64,000 nt of DNA from Octopus vulgaris (GCA_951406725.2 OX597815.1:102300001-102364000); one strand, 5' to 3'; shown: positions 1-14,915, numbered from the stretch's first letter. The notes: a model not told the origin generated them from the sequence alone. Made by a program: numbers and translations.

Positions 1-784
1 TTCCATATTTTCCCCTCAATATTGAACGGCAGTTTATAAAGAAACTGTCATACAAGCCATCCTTTAAACAACATATTACACAATAAAACATTTTTATCCG
101 TTCACTTACCTTTTTATCGTTACCGTTCTCTCTTCATCATTCAATTACATAGATCATCGATATAGAGCGTTTTAACATTTGTAGCTATTTATAATTCTAA
201 AACTTTACTAAAAATTCTGTCTGTCTGTCTGTCTGTCTCTCTTTCTCTCTCTCTCTCTCTCTGTGTCTCTCTTTCTCTCTCACTCTTATAACCATTCTCT
301 TCTTGCAAGCTATCGTGGTATTTTTCTTTCAATTACACTGTACTTCTGTCGTTGAAGTCTCTCTCTATCACTTTCTTTCACCTTCAGTATACGCCTACAT
401 ACATACATACATACACGTATATATACACACATACACACATATATATGCATATATATGCACATGTGTATATATATACACACACACACACACACATACACAC
501 ATATATATCCGTGTTGTTTTTTTACTTACACAAGCTCAATCGATTCCCAACAACCAATCAAAGTATGTATTAACATTCAAATATTTTGCGGCTTCCAGAA
601 CGAATCCAAATTATATGTATGTTCTCTTTTCAATCACTACTGTCGAACAAACCCAAAAGGAAAGTGCAGAAAAGCATTATTGAAATTTCAGCATTTATTT
701 TCTCTTTCCACGTCTGCATTTACATGTATATATATATATATATATCTGCTTAGATGTGTGTGTGTGTGTGTGTAGCCGTATAAA

Positions 785-851
<67 letters not shown>

Positions 852-921
852 TAATAGTATTCAACAAATCACAATATTTACTGGAAAGCGTAGTCGATAG
901 CATACGACGTTATAGTAAAGC

Positions 922-969
<48 letters not shown>

Positions 970-1090
970 CATGCATACTTACATAGCATCATACAAACAT
1001 ACATACGTACATACATATCCATCCATCTATCCATCCATTCATACATACATACATACATACATACATACATACATACATACATACATACAT

Positions 1091-1637
1091 AGTAAACGTA
1101 ATAGACTTGACATAGTGATTAGGGATAAGGAACAAAAACTGTGTACGGTTGTGGAAATCAGCTGCCCAACGGATGTTAATATAAAGCTAAAGATCAACGA
1201 AAAAGAAAATACCTACGCTGTAATACTAAGAAATCTGCAGTTACTCTATCCAGATTATATGTCCAGGTTTATACCGGTCTTTACAGGAGCTAAAAGATAT
1301 GTAACAGACTGCCTAAATACCAATCTTGACAAATTAGGCTTCTCAAAACCAGGAAGGAGAAAGCTGATTCGAAGACTACAGTTCCAATTCAACACTGGAC
1401 CTGTAAAAATCTAAAATTTTCCAAAAGTTTATCATTTAAGTATATATGATCATGTCTAGATATGCAGCTATATGCATGAGAATACATGCATAAAGCAAAT
1501 CATACAAATCTGCACATATACATACAACAATAGCCTGCTGATGTTGAAATTCCTATGAAGGAGCCGTTGATCTAAGTTAGGAACCGGCTACTTCTCTATT
1601 GGCATGAAATATTGAAATAAAACTAAATAATGACGTT
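1091..1637 (+). mobile_element. 5'-truncated R4/Dong-like non-LTR retrotransposon (RLE C-terminus + 3' UTR) inserted in (CATA)n
   Basis: Frame of ORF 971..1414 reads NRLDIVIRDKEQKLCTVVEISCP...KENTY...LQLLYPDY..FIPV, matching the PD-(D/E)xK restriction-like endonuclease pattern RPD..E..P..K..Y. (CATA)n tracts flank it on both sides (1040-1090, ~1640-1742). Confidence 0.8.
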
Positions 1638-1742
1638 CATGCATACATACATACATACAAACATACATATACATACATACATACATACATACATACATAC
1701 ATACATACATACATACATACATACATACATACATACATACAT

Positions 1743-2810
1743 AATCCGGACTTCAGACTCGGCAATGACATCCCGGTCTCACTCCATTTCCGCTCTACAG
1801 GCCATTCGCTACATCTGTCTGCGTTTCGACTGTCTTTGCACAGGGGCCATCTGGATCCTTACCTTCGACGTGAACAAGAATTAATCTCCTGTCTTTGCTT
1901 TTTTGCTCCATATGGACTAAACTCACCTCCTCTCTTCATCTGACACCAGCCTCACCTCCTATTTTCATTTGATACAAACTCATTCCACGCACACTAGCAC
2001 TGACAACTTCCCAGCACCCACACCATACACCTCATCCCACCAAACAGTCTTCGATAGCGTCACCACACATACCATTATATGAGCAGCCACACACATTTGG
2101 TTAACTCCACACATTATCGTACACACTCCCACACGCACACAAGTGCATAATACCTGAACACAGACAATATATACTCTTACACCCACACAAACACATAATA
2201 CCTGGACACAGGCTATATATATACATATATATACACACGCAACACGCATTAACACACGCAACATACATAGAGAAAGATAACTTTCACCCACATATATACA
2301 TCATACACATGCACACTGTTTGATCAGAGAGACAAGCACACATACATGTGCACATCCACGTGAAAAAGCACACATCAACTAATACACACACAACACACAC
2401 ACACGTTACACACGCACAAACTCACACACATCAGTCACTCGCCCCTATTCACACTTATACTTATACATTCACACACACCATTCTCACATATAGACACATG
2501 CATGCGTACCTTCTCTTGGGATCACTATCACTTTATTATCTCCCTTTTAACCAACCTCTTTTTTTATTATTATCTCTCTTTCTTTCAACCTCCTTTTTTT
2601 TTTTATCAAGCATTCACCATGCTGGACCGCTGAAATCTACAATTTATTTTCATTCTCTCTCAATTTATTTTCTTTTATTTTTTTCTGTTGAAGAGCGTAG
2701 GCTCGAAACGTAAAATACTTTTTCATTTTTCTCGAGCGTCAAACTAATATTCTTGCTTGTTGTTAATACACCTGTCTTCGTCTTTTGTTTTTCTATAAAT
2801 TTCAGGTATA
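1743..2810 (+). mobile_element. Penelope-like element 3' fragment (GIY-YIG C-terminus, CA-rich spacer, pLTR-like tail)
   Basis: 1743-1943 translates NPDFRLGNDIPVSLHFRSTGHS...RREQELISCLCFFAPYGLNSPP*, the typical PVxxHF...REQxxI..L....PxGLN end of PLE GIY-YIG domains. The tail carries a hammerhead-like CTGTTGAA-GAGCgtagGCTC-GAAACGTA at 2685-2712. Confidence 0.7.
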
Positions 2811-2832
2811 TGTGTACACACACACACACACG

Positions 2833-2874
<42 letters not shown>

Positions 2875-2886
2875 CACGCACACACA

Positions 2887-2927
<41 letters not shown>

Positions 2928-3084
2928 GCACACATTATATATAAAAGGTGACTGAAAAGGCAACCACAAGAGGGGGCCGGATGCTGTTTGGGTGGATCAT
3001 GAAAAACGGCGTATCCCGAGGGATGTTGTGATATGGCAAGTTGAGGAGAGCCAAAACTACAAAAAAAAAAGACAAAAAATAAAA

Positions 3085-4184
3085 AGCAGAATTTTGAGCG
3101 GCCGAATAAACCACTGTTGAAATGTAGAGAATGTATTTAATCAGTTGATTGATGACAGTGAGGAGATCACCTGAGAAGTAACGAGAAACTCCTTAAGAAA
3201 AACAACCCAGGAAATACTTCTAAAGAAAAAGGAAAATAGAAACAATAAGAAACGGATGACTGAGGGGATCCTTTCGGTGATGACTAAGAAACAGAAGATC
3301 AGGAACAGGAAATCCGAAGAGAGTATAAGGAACTGGATAGACTGATTAAACGTAAATGCAGAGTGTCTAAAGAGACTTGGTTGAATGAATAGTGTGAAGA
3401 AATTGAAAGGTAATTTCCGGTAAGATGCAATGTACATCAGAAGAGGTATGAGATCTCTGGCAGAAAGTCAGGATGTATCAGAGCAAAGGATGGTACCATG
3501 CTGGTTAAGAAGATCGACATTTTGAATTGATGGACAGTACACAGGAAATTTATTTCATGATGCGACAGCAACCTTGCCTAGTTTTCCTAATTCTCATATT
3601 GGTCCAAAAGTTCCTGCCATCTGAAGTACATGCAGCCAACAAAATGACGAGGAAAAACAAAGCTGCTGGGCCAGACGGAATTGTCATCGAGATGATAAAA
3701 GCATTAGCAGAATATGGAACTAGAAAACTGATAGATGTAATAAGCAAGATCTATGATGATGGGAAATTTCAAGAAGATATGAGTAAATCCATCTTTACTG
3801 CACTCCCGAAAAAATCAGGAGCAGTGGATAGTGAACAACATCGCACAATTAGTATCAAGAGTCACGTTACAAAGATCATTCTGCGAAGGCAAGAAACAGA
3901 ATAACATCAGATTAGAATTAAACAGTTTGGCTTTATAAAGGGTGCAAGTACTAGGAATACTATTTATATAGTGAGAATGATAACAGGGCTGCAGTGGAGG
4001 TGTAAAAAAGACGTCTTCATAGGCGTAGGAGTGGCTGTGTGGTAAGTAGCTTGCTTACCAACCACATGGTTCCGGGTTCAGTCCCACTGCATGGCACCTT
4101 GGGCAAGTGTCTTCTACTATAGACTCGGGCCGACCAAAACCTTGTGAGTGGATTTGGTAGACGGAAACTGAAAGAAGCCCGTCG

Positions 4185-4237
<53 letters not shown>

Positions 4238-4510
4238 CTGTGTTTGTCCCCCAACATCGCTTGACAACCGATGCTGGTGTGTTTACGTTCCCGTAACTTA
4301 GCGGTTCGGTAAAAGAGACTGATAGAATAAGTACTAGGCTTACAAAGAATAAGTCCTGGGGTCGATTTGCTCGACTAAAGGCGGTGCTCCAGTATGACCA
4401 CAGTCAAATGACTGAAACAAGTAAAAAGAGAGAGAGAGTATGTGTTTCATAGATTACACGAAGTCCTTCGACAAATAAGACATGACATGTCATTTGAAGA
4501 ACTCAGTAAC
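3085..4510 (+). pseudogene. Degenerate RTE (BovB-like) LINE reverse transcriptase fragment, interrupted by a SINE
   Basis: Motifs NKAAGPDGIVIEMIK, SIFTALPKKSGA..HRTISIKSHVTKII and QFGFIKGASTRNTI, then after the SINE MCFIDYTKSFDK (RT domain 3). Stops and frameshifts are present. Confidence 0.8.
4020..4439 (+). mobile_element. tRNA-derived SINE family 1 (full length, internal TA/TG microsatellite, CR1-like tail)
   Basis: A-box TGGCTGTGTGG, B-box GGTTCAGTCCC, tail GGCGGTGCTCCAG..CAGTCAAATGACTGAAAC. Near-identical copies at 37528 and 38614. Confidence 0.9.
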
Positions 4511-4949
4511 CTTGTTCTGCTTTAACTAAAACACAGCCAACAGCATTGACTGAGTTGCGCTATTGTATTTTAAAGCCACGGCTTTCAATCTGCCCAGAGC
4601 TACCGCTGTTGGATATTTCCCTTTGATAACGGCTAACTAGGTAGAAATGCCGAGCCTGAGAATCCGATGGCAACGCTGCACAGATATGGTAGTTTTACTC
4701 TTTTACCATAAGAAAGAAATTTTCTCCACGGTAACTGAAGTAAATTTGCCTTTAGAAGTTGAAATATGTCACAAACATACTTTTCCTAGCCTAAAATTCG
4801 AAGATACATATATACATATATACATATAGATACACGCACACGCACACAAACACACATACATACGAAGACATGCATACACAGACACAGACAAACTGACACA
4901 GACAGATGCACACACACATGTACACCCCGCCACACACAAACACAGAACA

Positions 4950-5750
4950 TACTGAAAAATTTTGTGACAAATTTTTTAGAAGCTGTAATAACTGTCCTAT
5001 ATTACTGTAATTTTAATATGTCATTTGTTATTTATGTACATCAAATAAGCTGATCTGTCATCTTTGGTTATTCAAGATTAACGAAGACGGATGTAAAAGC
5101 ACTGTGAACACACCCAACTAAGTATTGTTTTTCATAACTGACTAGTATGTAGAATGCAGTCGGGAAGTGAAGATAATTTGAAAGCTCATATGCAATAAAG
5201 TGTTGTGTTAAGCTGGGAAAAAGCGCTACAGGAACTTATGAAATGCTCCACACTGCTTATGGATTAACTTGTAGGAGCCGAGCGTCAGTTTTCGGTTGGC
5301 ACAAGAGGTCAGGAAAAGCAACTCCACCTGGAAACTCATTATAACTTCTTTTTTCGACAGCAACGGCATCATTTACCTCTACTAGGCTCCTTCTGGTTAG
5401 ACAGTCAACAAAGAAAACTTTGTGGAGGTTTTATAGGAGTTCAGAGAGAGAGATTTCGTTGCAAAAGGCGTTGTGCAGATGTCGCTGATCCAAGTGCATC
5501 AAAATTGTCCCTCACCCTTCCCTACAGTCTAGACCTTGCTCTCTGTAACTTGTTGTAGTCCCTCAAGAAGAATGAGAAAATGGAGGAGGCTGTGACAAGG
5601 GTCCTTGATACATTCACTTTCGGGGACTTTTATGAATCCTTCACGAAGTGCACCGAATTCAGGAGATCCTACTTTGAAAGAAATTAGAGTTTCGTGCTTC
5701 TCTGAAATTAATAAATGTATTTTTCTGATAAAGTCTCAAAATTTTTAGAA
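4950..5750 (+). mobile_element. Internally deleted mariner (Tc1/mariner) transposon remnant
   Basis: N-terminal HTH YAIKCCVKLGKSATGTYEMLHTAYG..SRASVFGWHKR at ~5190-5310; degenerate YSPDLAP motif (PYSLDLALCN) at ~5520; degenerate inverted ends AAAAATTTTGTGAC (~4956) / GTCTCAAAATTTTT (~5733). Confidence 0.75.
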
Positions 5751-6656
5751 TGTATGTATGTATGTATGTATGTATGTATGTATGTATGTATGTATGTATG
5801 TATGTATGTATGTATGTATGTATGTATGTATGTATGTATGCACAAGTGTGTGTATGTGTGTACACGCACACATACTTCTAACCAGATATTCTGAACGTAA
5901 TTTCATCTATCTCACAGTAAGAAACTAAAATGTAATAGAACTTTTATATATTGGAAACGATCAACAAGAACAAGAGATTTCTCTCTATGCACACATTGGC
6001 ATCCAGAAACGTGGAAAAAGAAGCACACGAAATGATACCCACGTCGCTCTCTCTCTCTATCTGTATATATGTATGTATTATATATGATATGTGTGTGTGT
6101 GTGTGTGTTTGTTTGTCTGTGGACGTATTATGTGATGAATGCCCAGAAACATGCTTACATGACATTTCATTAAAAAATAGGTTAGAAGTTCTTCCGTTAA
6201 AATACCTGGTATCAAAATATACCTATTTCCAGTTTCCAATCAAAATTGTCATCCACAATTTTATTTTGCATTATTTTACTTTCATTTTCATCCAATATTT
6301 GTCAATACTATTCCATTACATTTTTTGCATCTGTTTATGTATCCACTTCTCTTTTATTCTCTCTATACCCATATAACATCTTAAGTTCTGCTTTATGTCA
6401 ATTAACTTTCCTGGTCCTATTTCCTCTTCCTCTCGACTTTCCTCACTCTCGACCCTTCCCTCTCGCTGCTACCTTCTTCTAAATGCGTCTTCATCTTCCT
6501 TTCTATTTTCTTTTCTCTTTCTATACGGTATATGTTTCCGTTCTACTAGAGGTGTACAAACGCGTTATTATTTCTTGAGAACGAACTTTTGACATTGGTT
6601 CAAAGTAATAAGACATATCTTCCTTAATTCAGTGAGTTACACACTGTATATATACA

Positions 6657-6746
<90 letters not shown>

Positions 6747-6774
6747 GCACGCACACACACACATGTATAGGCAG

Positions 6775-6806
<32 letters not shown>

Positions 6807-7456
6807 TTATCTATCTGTCTGTCTATCTGTTTGCCTGTTTGTCTGTTTATATATATATGCATATTCATACGTGTGTGTGTGCGTGTGTATGTATATATGT
6901 ATATGCAAATGTAAAAATATATATATATGTGAGTGCGTGTATGAGTATGTGTGTACATGTGGGATGTGTGGTGTGTAGGTAGATATGCAACTTTACTATA
7001 TATATATTATATGTGTACAGAAAACATCTAAATCTAGTTGATACAATACAATCTAAAAGTTCAGATATGAAAATAAATATTTTCAGATTTTGATATTTCA
7101 AAACTTCAAGCATTATATACACAATTACCAATAGGGAAATGTCGTATAATCACGCATATATGATTTATAACCGCACTGTGTTGTGTATTATTCACAAGAG
7201 AGGCGAAACACAACACAAAATGCAGAAGACCTAAGTAACTTTTTATTTTCTTTCCTCGGAGAATAAATGTATACGATTTACTGAAATATCATAATGATTA
7301 TGTTTAAACTTTTGGTCGATAACTAACCCTCATTCTACTTTTCCTAACCAACTCAAACCGGTCACCGTCTCTAAAGGCGACCACTCACTTAAAGTAGTGA
7401 ACTGTTAGTTCATTCGCCGCCATTGAAGATATGAAATAGAAACCGTTATATAGAGT

Positions 7457-7523
<67 letters not shown>

Positions 7524-8689
7524 CAAAGTGGAAGTGAGAATAAAATTGAGGAAAAATACATGAGAGAAAGAATAAGAGGAAGAGGGAGGGGGAATTATAA
7601 AAAGTGAGAGGGAAAGAAACATATCGTTCACTGGTAATTTTGTTTAATAGGCAATTGTCACATAGTCGCTCAACCTGCTGAAAACAACAGTCAAATCTCT
7701 CATACACCATCAACATAATTCCTGATATACAAATCGTCTCTGAAGGTGGTCACCCAATTGACGTATGTGTTAGTCTAACCACTTTCTCTGAAGATAAGAA
7801 ATTAGAAAACGTGTTAGGCGTGTGAGAAGAAGAGGAAAGTGAAGAAAAGGAACGCGCGAGAGAGAGAGGGGGAGAGGGGGAGAGAGGGAGAGAGGAATAG
7901 AGAGAAATGTTCATTTTATTCAATATGCGACTGACACATGGTCGTTCGACCTACCAAAATAATAGCTCAGGATCTCAGAAATTGCCCCTAGAAAAAGTGG
8001 GGAGAAAGAGGAAGAGAGAAATATCCTTCACTGGCAATTTTTGTTCCATAGATAACCCGCTGAGAATACACTACACACTCGCAAATCACTACATACCGTT
8101 TTGAAGAAATGCTGTAAGGAACAATATATTTCCTGATATACAAACAGTAGGTTGTCACGACTGAATTACCGTTCATCATTCTTCTGCAACTGATCTGAGA
8201 GTACAGCGAAAATTACGTTCGGTCAATGAGGTGGAAGTTTTCCCAGATCTAAGACATCCTAGATATAGCAGTTAAATTCCTCTCACCTCATAATCTACTG
8301 TCTGAATTCAGGAAAAGACACGCTGGAAAATGTAGCCCTATTTATACAAACAGACGAAAAATTTGCCCATGTGTGTGGATGTAAGTATGTATATATACAC
8401 AGGCACCCACAGACATACACACAAATACGTAAGTACAAAATGCTAGCATATCAACTGCTATTTGTTCTTATAAAGTTGTAATAACTAAAAATGGTGGAAA
8501 TTGCTTTTGACTGCGAAATGTCACTGAACGGATCGACAGAGTTTAACAATGGTGCTTGTAGACAAGGTACTACTTGTTTTCTCTCTCTTTTCCGCCCAAG
8601 AGAACATTGAAGACGCGATACAATACGTGACACAGATTCAGTGAACATCCAAGTTCATGGATACTAGCATGAAACCATAGAATGACAGT

Positions 8690-11482
8690 AGCTAGTTAAG
8701 AAGCTAGAAGAGGCAATTAGAAGCGGCATCGCATCCGACGTTTTGGCGGCGAGGTTGGCCCTCGACCAACACTTCAACGCCAAATACGAAGGGTGTGCTG
8801 TCAGGGCTAGGATGCATGCTCTAAGGAACGAAGGTGTTGGAGCCGCGAGAGAGGCCTGGGTGGCAGAGGTGCAACAGGGCAACAAAGCCACCATTCGGTC
8901 TCTGGTAGATGAACAGGGGCGCGAATTGATCGAGCCAAGTAAAATGTGTGAGGCCTTTCAACAGCATTTTGCCCGACTGTTCGGAACGAGTGGCGAGCAA
9001 GAGAGGCAGGGTGCTGCGAAGGTGCCATCACGGCGGCGGAAGTGCAGGACGCGATGGCAGAATGCTCGGGGGACAAATCACCGGGTTTGGATGGTCTACC
9101 CTACGAGCTTTACAATTGTATGCCAGACTTGTTTGGAGATGTCTTGGCAGCGGTGTACTGCAACTGGCAGCAAAACGGGAGCATTCCTGGTTTTGTGAGC
9201 CGAGGAGCCGTAACACTGCTGAAGAAAGATCTAAACAAGGGAAATGTAATAGATAACTTTAGGCCCATCACTCTGTTTAATGCAGACTTGAAAATTTTGG
9301 CCAAGGTGCTAGCCAAGAGGTTGGCGCTTGTCATCGAGAAACTGGTCGACAAGGCGCAAAAATGCGCCGTGCCGGGCCGGACCATCCATGACAACCTCCA
9401 CCTGATGCGCTACATCATAGACAGGGTAGTTAACGAACCTGGCATGGTTGGGGCGCTGATCAATTTGGATCAATCGAAAGCTTTCGATAGGGTGGACCAT
9501 CGGTACTTGGAGGCAGTCCTCAGAGCGGCTGGCTTCGGTACCGTCTTCCGCGGCTGGATAGTCGCTTTGTACAGAAGTATCCGTTCGGTAGTTCGCGTAA
9601 ATGGACATCTATCGAGACCTTTCGACATCGCACGTTCGGTCCGTCAGGGATGCCCCCTCTCATCGCTTCTATACGTATTGACTCTCGAGCCATTATTGCG
9701 GAAGCTGGCAACTTTGAGGGGCATCCCGCGAGAACTGGGATGCGGGACGAGCGTGTCTGCATACGCGGACGACGTCACCGTCATAGTGTCTAGCCACAAG
9801 CACATCGAGCAGGTCGGCGAGACACTGAAAAACTACGAAGCGGTGACAGGAGCGAAAATCAACCGGGAAAAGTCAGTGGGCTTGCGACTAGGCACCTGGA
9901 GAAGCAAGCCCATGCCGTCCACCAGCGCCTCCGTCGTGGGACGCTGGCCCGACGGCCCGGTCGAGTTGCTCGGGGTCTGGTTCGGTCCGGACCTCCAAGT
10001 GGAGAAGAACTGGAACGAGATAACGAGTAGGGTGGTCACTCTCGCCCGGCAATGGGCCGAGAGGAAACTGTCCCTAAAAGGTCGGGCGGAGGTGGCGAAC
10101 ACGTACATCGCGTCCGTCATCTACTACCGCCTGACCGTCGTGCATTGTCCCGACCCTACCATCACCAAACTAGAACGCATTCTCTTTCGCTTCTTGTGGA
10201 AAGGATGCGTCCCGATGGTCAGGCGATCCATTTGCTGTCAACACCCGTTAAAAGGAGGACTGGGCATGCCGTGGTTGATGATGCGCAGACACGCGCTGAG
10301 ACTGTGACATCTCAGGCTCTTCGTAGGCGACGGTGAACAGGTGTGGTCGCCGTTTGTGAGGCACGCTTTCCCGTAGCTCGTCTCCATGACCGAACTGCAG
10401 TCGTGGATCAAAAAGAGGCCGAGGAAGGGCGAATGGCACCGCGAGTGTCGCGTTGCTCTCAAGCAACTCTGCCGTCCTGGGTCGGCTTTGAGTGACTCCA
10501 TCACAACCAAAGCATTCTATAGGGGATTAGTGGAGGGGAGGTACGACGACGAGCTCGGGGCGAACCTGGACGTCGACGAGGAGTACCTGACCCGCCTGTT
10601 TGGGACGATTTTCGGGCCAGGGCCCATGGACAACTTCCAGAGATCCCTGGCCTGGCAGTGCTACCGAGAAGCGCTACCCGTTCGGGATAAGCTCTACAGA
10701 CACGGCTCGAGAAGCACGGGGCCGACCTGTCCGAGATGCAGTCAGAGCGACGAAACCGTTCTGCACACACTCGTGCAGTGTCCAACAATCTCCGACCTGT
10801 GGGCTTATGTCGAACAACTGCTGTCATGTGTGGGACGAGTCGGTTTATCAGCTGAGTTTATCGTCAATATTGTCACGCCTCCTTCATTCAAACGGGAAGG
10901 AAGAGCTATTTTCATCATCCTTGTGGCTATGGCGAAGAAATGTATCTGGTGGACGCGTCTGAAAGGATTGGAGACAAACACTTTCCTCTCTGGTCAATCT
11001 CTCATCAACTTCTTCAAGTACCACTTGAAAAGGAAAGTGAGAGTAGAGAGGCAAGTTTTGTCTAGCGAATGATTTAAAAAAAGATGGGTGAATGTAGCAA
11101 GAATGGCACGTATGAATGACGAAGCTACCTTGAGCATAATCCTATGAACCCAGAAATTGAAAACAGAGGGTTACCCACTTGCAAATAAATGTGGTAACAT
11201 ATAACAATATTGACCGAGGTTACCGTGGTCTTTTTCGTAGGCTTTTCTTCCCACGGATAAACCTTATCTGCTTTTCCCTTTACACCGTACATCATGACAC
11301 TGTGATACACGATCCCTATTGATCGTTTTTTTTCCTCTCCCCCTTTTTCCTCTTTTTTCTTCCTTTTTTTCCCCCTTTTTTTTCTTTTCTTTTGTTTTTT
11401 GTTTTTTTTCATCCCACAAAAGAAAAGCTCTACCTTGTAATTTCTCCCATCTGTGTGCAGCCCTGTGTGGCCAATAAAGAAA
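8690..11482 (+). mobile_element. 5'-truncated Tx1/L1-clade LINE (ORF2 RT + zf-RVT, 3' UTR)
   Basis: GC-rich island. RT motifs KSPGLDGL, FRPITLFNADLKILAKVLA, LDQSKAFDRV, VRQGCPLS, YADD; C-terminal CPRC..ETVLH..C. T-rich 3' UTR ending AATAAAGAAA followed by (CTAT)n. Confidence 0.92.
9042..11147 (+). pseudogene. Tx1-type ORF2 reverse transcriptase reading frame with three in-frame stops
   Basis: ORFs 9042..10307 and 10386..11072 share one frame. Stops at 10305 (TGA), 10374 (TAG) and 11070 (TGA); the frame continues FKKRWVNVARM... to TGA at 11145-11147. Confidence 0.85.
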
Positions 11483-11577
11483 CTTATCTATCTATCTATC
11501 TACTTATCTATCTATCTGTATATATATATATATATATATGCATGTATATGTAAATATATCTAAATGTATAAATATGC

Positions 11578-11634
<57 letters not shown>

Positions 11635-11845
11635 CACACACACCCAGTCTACGTGTATGACTGTGTGTGTGTATGCAGGAACGCAGGAATATTGAGCGTT
11701 TTAGTATTTTGTGTATTACATAAAGGAAAGTAATATATTACCACGTTGTTTACAGCACACGCGCACGCACAATACACATACACACATACATGTATACATG
11801 TACGTATGCAACTATGTATGTAGGTGTATATATATATGTGTGTGC

Positions 11846-11879
<34 letters not shown>

Positions 11880-13139
11880 TTCGAAGTCTATGTATATTAC
11901 TAAAGCAGGGTACATTTTCTATCCTATTTCCAGTTGTTTATTAAAATAAGATTTCATATTAGCTATCACTTATATATCATAGGTGTTCATTGAATTCCAT
12001 GTATTGATGCAGAAAAAGCAATCGATACACATATGGTCAAATTGTTAAGTGTCTTAGGTCGATTGAAGCCATGTGAATGAAACTGGGTCCACAGTCGCTG
12101 TTTGGAAGCCCATTGAATGGATTGTTCTGTAATTTAAAGACCTAGCTTTACGTTACGGCCACACACATGTCCTTAGAAGATTCATCCACTTTGCATGATA
12201 ATTTTTACAGAAAGGATAATTCATTTGATCGAACTGAATATAAAGCGTATATTTATCTGTATCTACATTCAAAATCAGGACTTGAATTATTTCCTTTTAT
12301 TCTATTGGTACATTTTTTTCCCCGGAGATCGAAATACCATAGCCTTCTTCTATAAAGAACCGCCACAACAAAACTGAGAAAACTGCGTGGAAACGTAAAA
12401 CTCTGAAGGTAATAAATGCATGTGTATAAATTGAATATTCAAAATTGTTAGGTATTATCCAAATTGCATATCACTGTTTCTGTGTCATCAATATGAACAG
12501 GTGTGCGTACACACGTATTGATATAGATAAGTAAAACACGTATCCGTACATTGAGATATTATCGCATTGTTATAGCGACTAGTTTGATTATTTTATCTCT
12601 TCAACAGAATCTGTTATTTTACTAACTGGTATTTACTGTCAAAGTAAATATTTAATATTTACATTTGCTACGCAGATGTGTGACACTTTTATATAAACAT
12701 TGATATCAGTATTATGTATATCTCAACAAAGATGTGTATGTATGAGTGCTTATAACACACATATATGCATTACTATTTGTATAAATGTACTATATATAAT
12801 AAACGTGCTTACATCAATGTTCGCGTATGAGAGCTTACAATAAAAATAAGTATATATTAATGCGTATATTTTAAACACATATATTAAAGTGTAAAACAAT
12901 GTTTATAAAACGCATACATGCATAAATGTGTTTATGAGCATATATAATATACAAGTTTATACTTTGAGACAAGAGTCGTTATATTCTCAACGACATTTCC
13001 ATATTTACAAACATACACACAGTTATACAGCAACACGAGCACACACATCTGTAAATGTATATCTATCTATTAGAATATGTGTGCGCGCGTATGCATGTAT
13101 ATATAAAAGTGTGTGCGTTTGGTAAGATAGATGTATATG

Positions 13140-13186
<47 letters not shown>

Positions 13187-13222
13187 TCGCATACATCGAA
13201 ACGAGTGTTTGTCTGCCTGTAC

Positions 13223-13253
<31 letters not shown>

Positions 13254-13897
13254 TGTATGTATGTATGTATGTATGTATGCATGTATGTATGTATGTATGC
13301 ATGTATGCATGTATGCATGTATGTATGTATGCATGTATGCATGTATGCATGTATGTATGTATGTATGCATGCATGCATGCATGTATGTATGTATGTATGT
13401 ATCTATCTATCTGTCTGTTTGTCTTTCTTCTGTCTCTCTTTGAGTATATATATCTATAGAGTATATATCTCTATAGACACTGCTAATAGAATAGCACTTT
13501 TGTGCCCTATGATAAAACAAGTAAAATACATATGTACATATGCGTCTACACACACACACATGCCCATCCACACATACACCCTACACACGAGCATACACAT
13601 ATACATACATACATACACACACATACATACACACTCTGACATTTACAAACTCCCACATATATGAATGTGTATACGTGTGTGCATACATTTGTATGCGTGC
13701 GTATCTCTGTGTAAAAAGGGAGTGATATATTATTGCATTCACGATATCAAGAAACATTCATTGTGTACGGTGATAACAAATAAATGATTAAAGAAAAAAA
13801 AAACCTATAAGAATTTGTGTTTTGATATTACAATACTTGAGGTGAGAATAGTATTTAAATGCAAATTCAACAACGGTATGCGTGTGAGCATATACGA

Positions 13898-13952
<55 letters not shown>

Positions 13953-14186
13953 CATACATACACAAACGTGTATGTATAAAATTATGTGTGTATATGCATA
14001 TATTTGTATATATATATATATATATATGTAAATATATGTATATATATATGTATAAAGTTATATATGTATATATATATGTATAAAGTTATACATACATACA
14101 TATAGACTAATTGTGTTGGTGTATTTCTGAAATATATGTGTATGTTAGTGTGTGTGTGTGTATGTGTGGAGTGTGTTTGTGTGTTT

Positions 14187-14227
<41 letters not shown>

Positions 14228-14389
14228 TGTGTGTGCGTGTTTTTCTACCTATGTATAGTGTGTAAGCAAGTGTGTAATAATGTTATTGCTTGTGAGAATA
14301 TAGATTCGTCGGTATAAATAAATACGAAGATGTGTATTTTAGAAAATGGATACTTCACGCCTGTTATACATTTATTATATTATTACAAA

Positions 14390-14436
<47 letters not shown>

Positions 14437-14733
14437 ATTCGTGAGTGTGCCTGTGTGTGCATATGCATGTGTTTGGTGTTTAGGTGTATGCTTGTATATG
14501 CGTATACAAAGGTGTGTGCATATGTGTGCTTGAGTATGTGTATGGATATGCAGGCCTATTTGTGTGTGTGTGTGTGTGTGTGTGTGTATTTATGTCTATT
14601 TAGATACTATCAAAGAAAGAGCTTATCGGTGTTTAGATTGATGTTCTAAAACAAATTATATCTAGATACATATCATACATACGTATGCAAAAGTACATAG
14701 CCGAAGCCATATATATATGCTCACACATTTATG

Positions 14734-14790
<57 letters not shown>

Positions 14791-14915
14791 TACTATGTAT
14801 ATAAAATATAAAATGAAATATGTATGTGTGTGTGTTTGTGTATATATATATATGTATTTATATATATATATATGCACACACACATAGACATATGCACATG
14901 CATGCATCACATGAG

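Noticed and set aside
4020-4100. tRNA-like A/B boxes as a tRNA gene
   Set aside because: SINE head, continuous with the SINE body and repeated at 37528 and 38614.
9110-10962. Many overlapping alternative-frame ORFs within the Tx1 element
   Set aside because: By-product of high GC content; only the RT frame has recognisable motifs.
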